From: Octopus sinensis
Lineage: Eukaryota
NCBI RefSeq assembly: GCF_006345805.1
Contig: NC_043012.1
Coordinates: forward strand, 29,698,001 to 29,762,000
Direction of reading: 5' to 3'
Length of the DNA stretch: 64,000 nucleotides
Position numbers and translations under genes: made by a program. The notes beneath the pieces are model-generated. The model saw only the letters and a program-made list of their open reading frames with translations, was not told where the DNA came from and did no database searches. Shown here piece by piece: positions 38,046-50,891 of this stretch. The first letter of the stretch is position 1, and every line of letters begins with the position of its first letter.

Positions 38046-41000
38046 AAATGTGTTAATGACTCCATTTATATGTTTTTTGTATGGATATAGTGGAATAAAT
38101 GTAAACGAGTGTCACCACCATACAAGCAATGTTATTCATTTCTAATCTACCATATAAACAAGTCCAACAATGACGAAAATATACCTTGCTTGGAAACAGG
38201 TGAGGGAACACAAGAAGGACCCTCAGCTGCAGAAATATTTGCCTCAATGAATTCCATCTGACCCATGCAGGCATGAAAAAGTAGATGTTAAAACGATGAT
38301 AATGGTATTACCTTTGACTGGCCGTTTGAGTGTTGAAATAACAGTATCTGTTCCAGTATTTTCAGTTCAAACTCCATGTTGGTCAACTTGCTCTTTTGGC
38401 CTTTCAAGATTGATAAATAAAGTACAGAAGTTCAAGACAGTGGTTTGGCAGAACTTTAGAGCATTGCACAAGATGCCCTGCAGCATCTGTTTTGACTGTA
38501 TGTTCTGAGTTCAAATCATACCTGCCACATGGGGAAAAAAAAAAGATTTCTTCAAAGCCTGACAGAAAATGGAAGTAGATTTGAGAATTCTCTAGGGGGC
38601 CGAATACTCTAGCAGATCCCTTTTCATGCCTGTACACCAACCAGTTGACGAGAATGCAAAGGGATGTTCAAATTCTAGGCTCAATGAAAGATGTTCTTTT
38701 ACTTGTTTCAGTCATTTGACTGCGGCCATGCTGGAGCACCACCTTAAAGGGTTCTTTTAGCCAAAGAAATCAATCGCAGCCTCTTTTGCTGATCCGCTAA
38801 GTTACGGGGACATAAATACAGTAACATTGGTTGTCAAGTGATGGCGGGGGACAAACACAAAGACACCCACACATACACATATATATCCAGGCTTCTTTCA
38901 GTTTCCATCTACCAGATCCACTCGCAAGGCTTTGGTCGGCTCGAGGCTATAGTAGAAGACACTTGCCTAATGTGCCACGCCGGAGAACTGAACCCAGAAC
39001 TATGTGGTTGGGAAGTAAGCTTCTTACCCACCAGTCATGCCTGTGCCTATTTTCTTATGCTAGAGTACCACCTTGATGGTTTCAGTCGAACAAATCTACC
39101 CCAGGACTTATTTCTTTATATATAAGACTGGAACACGATTACAAGCGTTCCAGTTGATCTAATGTGCAAGTGGCTGAGTACTCCACAGACACACACGTGT
39201 ACCCTTTACGTAGTTCTCGGGGATTTTTGAACATGACACAGAATTGAATTTTGAACATGAATTACAGGTATAACTCATTTTTACCAGCTGAGTAGACTGG
39301 AGAAATGTGGAGTAAAGTGTCTTGCTCAAAGACACAACACACCGTTGGATATCAAACTCACAACCTTACAATCTTGTGTCAAAGACCCAAACCACTAAGC
39401 CATGATTATTGCCATCATCATTTAACATTCATTCCCTATGTTGATATGACTGAACAATTGGACAGGAATCAGCGGGCCGCAGGCCAATGCCAATCCCCAG
39501 TCTAGTATCATTTCCGTGGCTGGATGCTCTTACCAACCACTTTACAGAGTGCACTGGGTGCATTTTTCGTGCCATTGGAAAACATAATGGCAAGATATTA
39601 TAATCGCCGTAAATGTAAAGAATTTCTGGAACTCTTCTATTCCTGAATTATTAACGAGAGAATAATAATCGTTTATTGGGTCGACAGGGAATGCATGACC
39701 ATCACATTGATATCCCTCCGCCCCAAAGGAAAACATTTTTTCAAGTCAACAATTGATCAGGCCAATGTTGATCTTCGATTTCTGAAGCACTGAATGAATC
39801 AGTGATGATTCTCAATTGGGATAGAATAATTGTATATTAATTATTTCATGTAATAAAAGGATCACAACACTCCGTCGGTTACAATGACAAGGGTCCCAGT
39901 TGATCTGATCAGCCTGCTCGTGAAATTAACGTGCAAGTGGCTGAGCACTCCACAGACACGTGTGCCCTTAACATAGTTCTCAGGGAGATTCAGCATGGCT
40001 AGGCAGGCCCTTTGAAATATAGGTACAACAGAAACAGGTGAAATAGTACAGCAGGGTTCGCCACCACCCCCTGCCGGAGCCTCAGGTGTTTTCGCTCAAT
40101 AAACACTCACAACGCCCGGTCTAGGAAATCGAAACTGCGAGTCCGCTGCCCTAACCACTGGGCCATTGCGCCTCCACAATAAAGGAATAATATAGCGAGA
40201 TAGTGATTGGTTCTGCAGTGGAAGTGATAGACGGTGGTAGTACACAAGGGAGATTACTCCGCAATTATTTAAAGGGAGATAATTCATTTGAAATGTTAAG
40301 CTTTGTTTTTTGTGTTTTTGTTATGCTTCAAACGTAGAATACTTACATTGTAATATTCATTTTGCTTCACCCAACTTGACCAACAAGAGGAGTTGATGTC
40401 AGAATCCAACGTTTAAAGGATTTTATGAGCCGGAACGTTAACACCTTACCTATGGCAGGTCGCCAGTGCTGGCCAAATCTCTGCCCATCACCTTCCCATC
40501 CTGGTTTCCAGCTTAGATTGTTTTCCCCGTCTCCATTAACAAATTGACCTTTCTTTTTCCACTCTCTCTCTTTCATCTCGTCAATGACTGTCTTTCTCTC
40601 TCTTTTTGCCATTCTAGGCAATAACCGTATCAGCCATCATTACCTTTTCCCCTTATAGATTGGCAAATGGTTCTCTTAGTTGGCACTCTTCTCTATAAAG
40701 AACTGACAGCATTCTTCTTTCCAAGAGACTCTGGCATCAAGATTACCTTTGCGTTTTCACATGACAGAATCTCGTCCAGCAGATTCGGCTCCTCTGTAGT
40801 AAATTCCAGCCACAATCGAAGGTTTCTTTTCCCCTCCCCGACTGATGGCATTAGTTAACTTTTGGTTGGTGTCGCTTGCCTTTCTTCTGTCCCAAGAAGG
40901 TTGTTGAGTGACATCAGCACCATCAGTGCCTCCCTTAAGTTAGACAACTCGACAGAATTGGCACCATGAATCCCTTTCTCCCCACAAAGCCAATATGCCC

Positions 41001-41934
41001 CTCATTCACCTCGTGGTGCAGATTTATTGGTGCTGGGAGCATGTCCCTTGCAGCTGGAAGGAGACCCAGAAAGGCTCCAATGTCAATAGGACAATGTAGA
41101 TCTAATTGGTCCAGGCTCTCTGAGATACTCGCTCTACAGTCTTGATCTTCATCTTTGTGTCTGGCAGGAAGTCACTAGGAGGCAAATAGTTACCATCGTG
41201 CTTTCCCGTGACATCTGAGACTAAAAGAAGGAAATTAGAGACATGTCCAGAATGCTTGCTGTGGACCCTGATGAAGGATGTTGAGTGATAACTGGCATAT
41301 TAAAGCAGGCAATAGATTAAGTCTAGCATAAAAATCATGAGAGGTCCTTAAAAAGGGCCTTCACAGGATTTATCACTACCAATTTTATTCCGCCATTGAT
41401 ATTTCCAGGGCGAACATTACCAGATGATAAAAGAAAAACCACAAATTACATGATAGAAGGGACCAAAACCAAGCAGACGAGTTGTGGGTCGGGTGTTTGT
41501 GTTTTGGAAATAAGGATGGTTGCTAGAAATGACAAGCAAACGGTTATGGACTTATATTTAGATGTGGAATATAGCTACATTTGAATATAATCCTCAATAT
41601 AGTCACTGTTTTTAAATTTCCAACAAATCAGACCATCTTGAAAAAGAGGCACACATTGGATTATGTATTCCAAGAGATACTACGTCTAAACAAAATATGG
41701 ATGGTCACAAGAGGATCATCTTGGACAATAGGTTTATAGGACTGGTCAAACAATATAAATTATAAAAATATTCTTTGACCAGTTTGTTTTGATGTAAGAA
41801 TTCAAGGGGTATTACGAAAATGTTTCTTGTTATCCTCTCCTGGCCAATAAAACTATTTGAGTTTAATCACCATCATCATTTAACGTCTGCTTTCCATGCT
41901 AGCATAGGTTAATGAACCTAATGTAGCCAGTGTT

Positions 41935-43300
41935 CAGGTGCACCACAGCTCATCAGAGAAGGTCGTGAAAAGTACATGAACAGTTGATAGAAAAGTGCAG
42001 AGAACGAGAGACAAGAAAGTGAACAGTGAATGAGTCATTAAAAAGAAAAGGAACATCCTGTGTGGTGCTGGTGAATTTTGGGAAGCATGGAAGAAGTTTT
42101 GAAGGATACAGTGTACCCTGACAGGTAACAACTAATGCAGGGAGTTTATTCCATGCTTCTGCAATACTGAGCATGAAATAATAATGCTTCCAAAAGTCAT
42201 TGGTCCTGAACTATTTTTTGTGATTTTCTAAGCATGACCATGGGTGCTGGACAAAACATATGGAATTCAAAAAGGTTTCCAAGGTTGTTGTGGGAAAGAT
42301 GGTGGATAATCTTGTGGGTGTCTACCAAGTCAGTTGCCAGACATCAGAGCTTTAATGCGATTGTGCCCAGGGAAGCAAGACATTCAGAGTTTGATGGATG
42401 CCTGATTGCACATTTCTGAACAGTTTCCAAGAGAGTGATGTCCTGACCAAGACCGGTGATGCCAACTTTAATGTGGACATACCACAGCCATATACAGCTT
42501 TAAATAGAAATGTGGAGAGTGGCTGACAAAAGTCTTATTGAATAATGCTAAGACATCCTCAGCCTTCTTGACAAATTTAGAAATGTGGTTTGCCCAATGC
42601 AGATCACTGCTGACAATGGATGCCTAGGTCCTGTTCACTAGCAGACTTCTAAAGAAAAGCTTTTACATATTTCCTCCAGAAATATGTAAAAGCTGAGTTT
42701 TTCCTTCCAAAATGCACGGTGACACACTTGTTCACAGCCAGCTTCAGTTGCCAGTCAGTAATCCAGGTCTAATTGCAGGAAAGAGCCAAAGCATATAGGA
42801 TCTGTTTCTTTTATCTCAAGGAACAACTTGATGTCATCTGTGAATATATCAACACTGTAACATTCTTGGCATCTGTGTTATATGCAACAAACAACAGGGA
42901 CCCAAGAACAGATCCCTGTGATGCACCAGACATCATCTCACAGGGTGAAGATTGATATCCTAGAACCATGACTACCTCTTTACATCTGAGAATGAAGGAC
43001 TTCAACCAGTTATAAAGACCATCTCTCATTTGTGTGGCACAGAATTGAAGTCTTTAGCAAAGTCCAGAGAGAGAACCTCCATCCATGAGCTGCCATCAGT
43101 GATTCAGTTGTCTTCAAAAACTCAATGAGTTGACCACAGCAGCTAGAGTGAGAGAGAAATCCAAATTGTGAGGCTCAAATAAGGTTGTGTGAGTTCTAGA
43201 AATTCAAGAGTGTTTCTCTGAAACAGGATTCCATCAGTTTGGCAATGCAGCTACTATAACTGACCGGATGGGAGTTGGACAAATGATGCACAATCACTGT
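41935..43300 (-). mobile_element. Decayed CR1/L2-group LINE ORF2 3' half
   Basis: Minus-strand peptides HPVSYSSCIAKLMESCFRE, GLYNWLKSFIL, SGASQGSVLGSLLFVAYNTD (GVPQGSVLGP-like) and LSIAEAWNKLPALVV; many stops. Confidence 0.85.
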
Positions 43301-43339
43301 TTTTGAACTTCTCCACCACCCAACCATGCAACCATATTT

Positions 43340-44078
43340 TGCCTGAGGGCTGGTGAACCAGATGGCTGCATCAGGCTCCAATCTTGATCTGGCAGAGTTT
43401 CTACAGCTGGATGCCCTTCCTAACACCAACCACTCCGAGAGTGTGGTGGGTGCTTTTACGTGCCACCGGCATGGGGGCCAGTCAGGCGGTACTGGCAACG
43501 ACCTCGCTCAAATCTTTTTACACATGCCACCGGCACAGGTGCCAGTAAGGCGATGCTGGTAACAATCGCGCTCGAATGGTGCCTTTTACATGCCACTGGC
43601 ACGGAAGCGAGTTAATCGCTCTGGCAACGATCACACTCGGATGGTGGTCTTAGCACCCTACTAGCACGAGGCACAAGTGCCAGTAAGGCAACACTGGTAA
43701 CGATCACACTCGAATGGTGCCTTTTACATGCCACCGGAACGGAAGCGAGTTAATCGCTCTGTCAACGATCACACTTGTATGGTGCTCTTTGCACCCCGCT
43801 AGCACAGGTGCCAGTCATCGAATTTCACTTGCCTCAACAGGTCTTCACAAGCAGAGTTTAGTGTCCAAAGAAGGAAAAGGTACACATACGTGGGCTGGTT
43901 ACGCCCCTGGCATAGGCCACGAGGTTATGGTCTCATTTCACTTGCTGGGTCTTCTCAAGCACAGCATATTTCCAAAAGTCTCGGTCACTAGTCATTTCCT
44001 TGGTGAGGCCTAAAGTTCGAAGGTCGTGCTTCACCACTTCATCCCAGGTCTTCCTGGGTCTACCTCTTCCACAGGTTC
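43340..44078 (-). mobile_element. RTE LINE 3' fragment (C-terminal codons and repeat-containing 3' UTR)
   Basis: Minus strand encodes TCGRGRPRKTWDEVVKHDLRTLGLTKEMTSDRD; same family as 12263-13745. Confidence 0.85.
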
Positions 44079-44168
44079 ATTATTATATATATATATATAT
44101 ATAAACATACACACATACACCACCACAAAATATAAATGATTAAAAACAAACTTCTGTACAGCTTTAAA

Positions 44169-44174
44169 TTTAAT
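44169..44174 (-). promoter_or_regulatory. Candidate polyadenylation signal (ATTAAA) of SAMM50
   Basis: tttaat on + is ATTAAA on -, about 285 nt after the stop, followed on - by GT/T-rich sequence. Confidence 0.35.
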
Positions 44175-44457
44175 GTCTTTTTTTTTGTTGTTTTTTTAGA
44201 AAGATGTCCCCACCCCACCCCCCACTAAAGCCCACACCCACCCCCTCCACTAATGCCAAGAGGTTTTGTGTAGTTTCACGGCCATTTGTAACTGCAGCTT
44301 TACTGTGTGATACCCAACTGGACAGAAACAAAAGGTTCGTGGATGACCAGTACAGGCTGGATACAGTAATGTCCGGCACCGGTCAATGGTGGATGGAGAG
44401 AGGGCTGGACCAGACTCAACCGGAAATATAACTACAATGGTAGAATGGTAAGTGGTA

Positions 44458-44503
44458 TCACAAGAACACGAAGCCAATGCCAAACTGAAGACCAGGGTTG
44501 ACA
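44458..44503 (-). CDS. SAMM50: SAMM50 coding exon 14 (VNPGLQFGIGFVFL*), last beta strand / beta-signal
   Basis: ttcttcag|T GTC...TTG TGA. QFGIGFVF fits the mitochondrial beta-signal polar-x-G-x-x-hydrophobic-x-hydrophobic. The 14 exons sum to 1371 nt (456 aa plus stop). Confidence 0.95.
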
Positions 44504-45098
44504 CTGAAGAAGAAAAAGAAAATGAAATAAAAACAAGAAATAAGATGGACAGGAGAAAGAGAGAGAAGACAAGAAGGAACAGAGTGAAGACACACACGCA
44601 CATTTAAGAATGTAAAAACAGAGTTCTCAACACTGAAGGTAGAGTTATTTAGTAAATTCATAGGAAACTGAAGAGTTCAGTAAGAAATGTTATTGTTTGT
44701 GTTGTTTTGTTATTGTGTTGTTGATTGGAAATAAGAAGCTGAGTGCTTTGGTGAGTTGTGAAGTTTTCACCATCCAATGTAGGCACAAAATGTATTTATG
44801 CTATACATAAGACAGAATCCCAAACAAAAGAGAAATTGCTGTGGGGAGAGAAAAATCCAAAGTTTTGGACAGAGGCCTTTTCCAAGGAAAAGTCAACAGG
44901 AGAGAAAAATAAAGAGAGACACAGCAGAATTGCAACAAGTTGCTAGAAAATTCTGCTGTCTCTCTCTCTCTAATCTCTCTTTTGTCAACTTTTTATTAAA
45001 GAAAGATTCTGTTTGAAACAATGGATTTTCTTCTTCCTTTGGCAAATTCATTTTCTTCATCAATTTTAATTATAAATTATGTCTGAATGTTATACATA

Positions 45099-45307
45099 TG
45101 AGGGGATGCTGAAAAGTTGCTGGCTTTAAGGGTATCATGAAAGGCCTGGGTGGAGGCCCACCTTCCCAAGTTCTTTTAAAAACTGAAGGACTGCTGCAAT
45201 GAGTGTGTGAATCTGAGAGGGGAATATGTTGAATAAAATCATAATTAATTGATCCTCCTGTATTTTCATTTACCTCAAACTAGGGACAGTCCAGCCCCAC
45301 CCTCTCG
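45099..45307 (+). mobile_element. Internally deleted mariner element in SAMM50 intron 13
   Basis: TA|tgaggggatgctgaaaagtt ... ccctctcg|TA termini; internal residue encodes ECVNLRGEYVE*, typical of mariner transposase C-termini. Confidence 0.7.
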
Positions 45308-45331
45308 TATATATATATATATTATATATAT

Positions 45332-45386
<55 letters not shown>

Positions 45387-45450
45387 TATGTATATAAGTG
45401 GACAATAAATGTATGCCTGTATGTTATATAGATATATGTGATATACATAC

Positions 45451-45592
45451 CTGTCTCCTTGACATATGTGTAAGGGCACAACATAATTCAATTCAAGGCG
45501 AGCCACTCGTCCCATCCGAAGGACAATTCCACCACCATATGATACTCTGTAATTTGATTTCAGACCATTTAATATTCCCCTCGGACCATCAC
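45451..45592 (-). CDS. SAMM50: SAMM50 coding exon 13 (DGPRGILNGLKSNYRVSYGGGIVLRMGRVARLELNYVVPLHICQGD)
   Basis: ccacag|GT...AG|gtatgt; 142 nt, phase 1/2; SYG.GIVLR.G..ARLELNY..P motif. Confidence 0.95.
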
Positions 45593-45865
45593 CTGTGGAT
45601 GGAAAAGAGAGAAAGAAAGGGTAATTCAGATTTTAGGCTATGAAAAACAGTCCAGAGGTGGAACACCATCTGTAATTTATTGTTTAGAGAGAGAGAGAGA
45701 GCAACAGTCACACATAGCCACTGGCAGCGGTAATCAACTATAGGTAGCTATAGTCAAAGATATATTTATAGCCACCACCACCACCACTGCTATCAAGCAC
45801 CATTACCATCATTTAGTAATATCATCATCATCATAATATTGAACAACATCAACATCATCACTTAC

Positions 45866-46012
45866 TGAGCTTCAAGTTGGCCAAGTTTCCAGCATTTACA
45901 AACAGGTGAGTTCTAAACAGTTCTCCAAAGCCGCCTTTTCCAGGACGGAAGGGTAGAGGTGTATACAGGTGTAACGCTGCCAGCCAGTAGGTGTCAGCAC
46001 CTAATGCGTTAC
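45866..46012 (-). CDS. SAMM50: SAMM50 coding exon 12 ([48 protein letters not shown])
   Basis: ttctag|GT...A|gtaagt; 147 nt, phase 1/1; near-invariant [28 protein letters not shown] block. Confidence 0.96.
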
Positions 46013-46661
46013 CTAGAAACAAAAACAAACAAACAAACAAACATGAACAAACAACATATAGACACATGAATACATATTTCTTCACACATTTACTGTCTTC
46101 AAGCATTGGAATGTGGCCATGCTGGAGCAAGCCTTTAAGGGTAACTCTTAGTCAGTCAAACCTCCTGCAGCACTTATTTCATTCCAGGGACTATTTTATT
46201 GATCTCTGTTTATCAAGTGGCTCAGTTAATGTTTGGATATACACGGATGCAACCTTACACACACACACACACACACGTGTGCATATACATGTGTTTGTAT
46301 ATGATTGTATGTATATATAGCCATCTGCTTTCTTTGTTCCTTTCTATCAGATCAATGTGTGTGTGGGGGGAGGGCTTATTCCACTTGTCCTGCATGTGCT
46401 GATTGTAAACAAATGTGACCATTCATACAAACATTGTCATTTGTTTGCAATCCTCCTCAAAAACATGTCTGGGCTGTTCAGTGTTCAATAGATTAAGGGA
46501 AACAGGTGAGGTTTGGTGACAGGAAGAGCATCAGGCCTTAGAAAATCTGCCTCGACAGAGTTTCGTCAAATCCATGCAAGCAGGGAAACATAGACATTGA
46601 AACAATGACGGTTGTGGTGTGTGTGTGTGAGTTTTAAAGAAATAAAACCAAATTGAAATAC

Positions 46662-46803
46662 CATCACTGTGTGGTCCAACTCCTTTTAGTGTGAACCCTC
46701 TCAGGGTCAAAGGTCCTCCAAGGAAAAATCGATCATTGATTTTCAGCTCGTTATTAGTTGCAAGAGGTTTCATCATTCCACCAGCTAACGACATCTGTAC
46801 ACT
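46662..46803 (-). CDS. SAMM50: SAMM50 coding exon 11 (SVQMSLAGGMMKPLATNNELKINDRFFLGGPLTLRGFTLKGVGPHSD)
   Basis: tttacag|AGT...GAT G|gtattt; 142 nt, phase 0/1; contains the Omp85 loop-6 signature DRFFLGGPLTLRGF. A second in-frame AG lies 9 nt further into the exon. Confidence 0.94.
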
Positions 46804-46989
46804 CTGTAAAACAACATCAACAACACTATATTACACAACACCAGCTAATGACAGTTGGTACAAGATATTTACCCAAAGTGTCATGCGTAGAAATCGAACA
46901 CAGAGTTACAGGGATACAAACTAAACTTCCTAACCCCACAACCATCCTCACCACACATTCCATTTTTTTCTCCTCAGCTTTTTATTGTT

Positions 46990-47360
46990 TCATCATCATC
47001 TTCATTATCGTTTAATATCCGTTTTCCATGCTAGCATGGGTTGGACGGTTCGACCGGGGTCTGGGAAGCCAGAAGGCTGCACCAGGCTCCAGTCTGATCT
47101 GGCAATGTTTCTACAGCTGGATGCCCTTCCTAACGCCAACCACTCTGTGAGTGCAGTGGGTGCTTTTTACGTGCCACCGGCACAGGGGCCAGGGGAGTCT
47201 GGCAACGGCCACGATCGGTTGGTGCCTTTTACATGCCACCGGCACGGAAGCCAATCAAGGCGGCACTGGCAACGGCCAAGTTCGGATGGTGCTTTTTACG
47301 TGCCACTGGCACAGGGATCACAACTACAATTTCCATTGATTTTTGATGTTGATGTCCATA
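46990..47360 (-). mobile_element. RTE 3'-end fragment (SAMM50 intron 10)
   Basis: Reverse complement of the same tail (ccgttttccatgctagcatgggttggacggttcgacc...ttctacagctggatgcccttcctaacgccaaccactc). Another copy lies at ~51328-51585. Confidence 0.8.
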
Positions 47361-47912
47361 CATAAAATATATTAACCCTAACTTAACAATCCTCTCCATT
47401 TGCCACACCTCATCGACATTAACATTGTAATACTCTCTCTCCATCAAACACATTTACCTGTCTACCTGCAAATATGTCTCATCAGACAATTATTTTGAGT
47501 TGACTTTCTAATATTCCTTGTATTAAATATACAAGAACTAATTTACCTTTCTCTATATCTGTCCCACCACATAATTATTTCTAATTAACTTTTCAATACT
47601 CTCTGTATTAAATATGTTAACATTAACTTAATTAGCCATCAATCAATCGGTCTTTCAGTCACACCTCATAATTATTTCATCTTCATCATTTAACATCTGT
47701 GTTCAAAGCTGACATGGGTGGAATGGTTTGACAGGATCTGATAGTTCCAACAACTGCCTCATGCTCCCTCTGGTGCCTGTTTTGGCATGGATTCTATGGC
47801 TAGATGCCTTTGCTACTTTTAGCTAATTAATTAATGTCATAGGCTTTAAAAAAATTAACGACACTGACTCCTTTATAAATAATAAAAATATAACAGTAAA
47901 ATATTTACTTAC

Positions 47913-47996
47913 ACAATCAAAGAATAAGGATTTCGTCCCCTGAAATTCTATTTCATTTTTCAAATATTCCACGTTACCACCAAGTCCTGCATATTC
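47913..47996 (-). CDS. SAMM50: SAMM50 coding exon 10 (EYAGLGGNVEYLKNEIEFQGTKSLFFDC)
   Basis: ttgcag|GAA...TGT|gtaagt; 84 nt, phase 0/0; E.AG.GG.V.(F/Y)LK motif. Confidence 0.93.
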
Positions 47997-48227
47997 CTGC
48001 AATACCAATAGAGAAAGCTGCACATAACACCCTGCATCTTCTGTTCAATTTAATGACTTTGTGGTGAGAATATGTATGTGTGTGTGTATGTATGTAGGGG
48101 AGGATGTGTTTGAGGGGAAGAATGTATGGCTTGGTTGGGGCTGTGTGTTCTATGAATGGGAATAGTAGTAAGGCAAGAGATCTGTTGCGGAATCAAATAT
48201 TTGAGAGAATGGTCAATGTATAGAAAG

Positions 48228-49110
48228 CTGAGTGAGTGAGTGAGTAAATGAGTGAGGAGTGAGTGAGTGAGTGAGTGAGTGAGGAGTGAGTGAGTGAGTG
48301 AGTGAGGAGTGAGTGAGGAGTGAGTTAGTGAGGAGTGAGTGAGGAGTGAGTGAGTGAGGAGTGAGTGAGTGAGTGAGTGAGTGAGTGAGTGAGTGAGTGA
48401 GTGAGTGAGGAGTGAGTAAGGAGTGAGTGAGGAGTGAGTGAGTGAGTGAGTGAGTGAGGAGTGAGTGAGGAGTGAGTGAGGAGTGAGGAGTGAGTGAGTG
48501 AGGAGTGAGTGAGTGAGGAGTGAGGAGTGAGTGAGTGAGGAGTGAGTGAGTGAGGAGTGAGGAGTGAGTGAGTGAGGAGTGAGTGAGTGAGTGAGTGAGG
48601 AGTGAGTGAGTGAGGAGTGAGTGAGGAGTGAGTGAGGAGTGAGTGAGGAGTGAGTGAGTAAGGAGTGAGTGAGGAGTGAGTGAGTAAGGAGTGAGTGAGG
48701 AGTGAGTGAGTAAGGAGTGAGTGAGGAGTGAGTGAGTGAGTGAGTAAGGAGTGAGTGAGTAAGGAGTGAGTGAGTAAGGAGTGAGTGAGTAAGGAGTGAG
48801 TGAGTAAGGAGTGAGTGAGTGAGTGAGAGAGAGAGTGAGGAGTGAGTGAGTGAGGAGTGAGTGAGTGGGGAGTGAGTGAGTGGGGAGTGAGTGAGGAGTG
48901 AGTGAGTGGGGAGTGAGTGAGGGAGTGAGTGAGTGAGGAGTGAGTGAGTGAGTGAGTGAGGAGTGAGTGAGTGAGGAGTGAGTGAGTGAGTGAGTGAGTG
49001 AGTGAGTGAGTGAGTGAGGAGTGAGTGAGTGAGTGAGGAGTGAGTGAGGAGTGAGTGAGGAGTGAGTGAGTGAGTGAGTGAGGAGTGAGTGATTGAGTGA
49101 GTGAGTGAGT
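48228..49110. repeat. Complex (GAGT)n / GAGTGAG satellite, ~880 bp, SAMM50 intron 9
   Basis: Almost exclusively gagt with gag/aag interruptions; source of the spurious THSL-repeat ORFs. Confidence 0.97.
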
Positions 49111-49128
49111 ATGTATGCATGATGTATA

Positions 49129-49184
<56 letters not shown>

Positions 49185-49932
49185 TACACAGGCTTCAATG
49201 TCCTGGGTGTGTTTCGCTTTGTGGCACCAACACTGGTGAGGTCGCCATGTAGCTTGCAAGACTAAGATTCTCATCAACAGTGAGGGGCCACAGTACGGGG
49301 GGGTAGATTTATGCTCAAGGATGAAAGGTTAGAGTATGAAAGGAAGGGCCGGAACAGGTTTCTTGATGTAAAAGAGATACGTGGTTACTCACATTATACA
49401 AATACAGGTGGATGCAACCAGGATGGAGCTGGGAAAAAGGAGATGGTGATGATGAGGGTACCATGGAGGGAGCTCAAAATACAAAAAAGTGAACAGGTGG
49501 ACAGAACAGGATGATGGGTCGATGGGTAGATATTGCAAGTGTGTATGAGGAGAGTGAAGGGGTAGGTGGGTAGAGATATTATGAACAAGGGTGGAGGGGC
49601 TGATCAATGATACATATGAGTTAGAGGGGGAGGTAAGGGAGAGTGAGTGATGACTGTAGAGATTGAACAAGTTTGAGGAGTGGATGTAGTGAATTGTGAA
49701 CAAGGGTGACGTGAGTGAATGCTTTTGATATAGGTCTGGTCAATCAAGGCTGACCTGAGACTGAACAACTAAAATTTACAGAACATTTCTCAGCAACTCA
49801 AAGACAGATCCAGACATTCCAACCACCCCTACCGACCCTCTACTTTACACTCAGGGCCATTGCTTAGCAACAGAACCCTAAACTCATAAAGAATCTAAAC
49901 CCCATTAGAAATTATCAGATTTCTTCACTTAC

Positions 49933-50004
49933 GTCAATAATTTTCAGCAGGAAACCATGTCGTGGAATTATTGGGTCGTCTCTTGTGTCTTTGACAAATT
50001 CATG
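49933..50004 (-). CDS. SAMM50: SAMM50 coding exon 9 (HEFVKDTRDDPIIPRHGFLLKIID)
   Basis: ttgcag|CAT...GAC|gtaagt; 72 nt, phase 0/0; Omp85 DTRD...P..G motif. Confidence 0.94.
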
Positions 50005-50891
50005 CTGCAAAGAGATGGGAGGGGCGGGAGAGATTATTAACATCATTATCATAATTGTCATTATCAGTATCACCACCACCATTAGTGACATCATCATCAT
50101 CATCATCATTATTATTGTCTTCTTCATTTCTGTCTACCAAATCCACTCACAAGGCTTCGATCAGCCTGAGGATAAGGTAGAAGACACTTGCCCAAGCTTA
50201 CTTCACAACCACACGGTTTCAGGTTCAATCTCACAGCACATTGGGCAAGAGACTTCTACTATAAACCAGGGACAACCAATGCCTATTGAGTAAATTTAAT
50301 AGATGGAGACTGTATAGAAGCTTGTCATATGTATGTATTTGACAGCTGGTGTCGGTTAGTTCATGTTTCCGTAACTTAGTGGTTTGGCAAAACGATTGAT
50401 AGAATAAGTAGCAGACTTGAAAAGAAAAATACTGGAGTTCATTTGTTTGGCTAAAACCTTTCAAAGTGATGCTTCAGCATGGCCACAGTCCAATGACTGA
50501 AACAAGCCAAAGGTGAAAACTAAAAAGATACAGAGTCTAATAACCACACCGATTCCATCTGGGATGGAGAGGATTCTGGTAAAACATAAAATATTGGTTT
50601 CCAATTTTGGCACAAGGCCAGCAATTTCAGGGGAGACGACTAGTTGATTACATCGACCCCAATGGCCAACTGGTACTTATTTTATCGACCCTGAAAGGAT
50701 GAAAGGCACAGATGACCTTGGCAGAATTCAGAAGGCAAAGATGGAGAAAATTCCAGCGAGCATCTTCTTGTCTGATGCATTAGAGAATTCTGCCAAATAA
50801 GTTGCCTTGAAAGAGAAAAAAATAAAAGTGAAAAGATTTTTTGGCTTCTGTTTTCAATGAAAGAGAAAAATCTGGAATTAATGTTTTTTAC

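Noticed and set aside
39590-39830. Possible Penelope GIY-YIG C-terminal remnant (YYNRRKCKEFLELFYS)
   Set aside because: Too short and degenerate to call without a search.
41930-41960. CTGATGA on - (and on + at ~41268) as a hammerhead core
   Set aside because: No stem II followed by a GAAA box.
48050-49277. Long ORFs of 286-382 aa (THSL repeats)
   Set aside because: Translations of the (GAGT)n satellite inside SAMM50 intron 9; no coding evidence.
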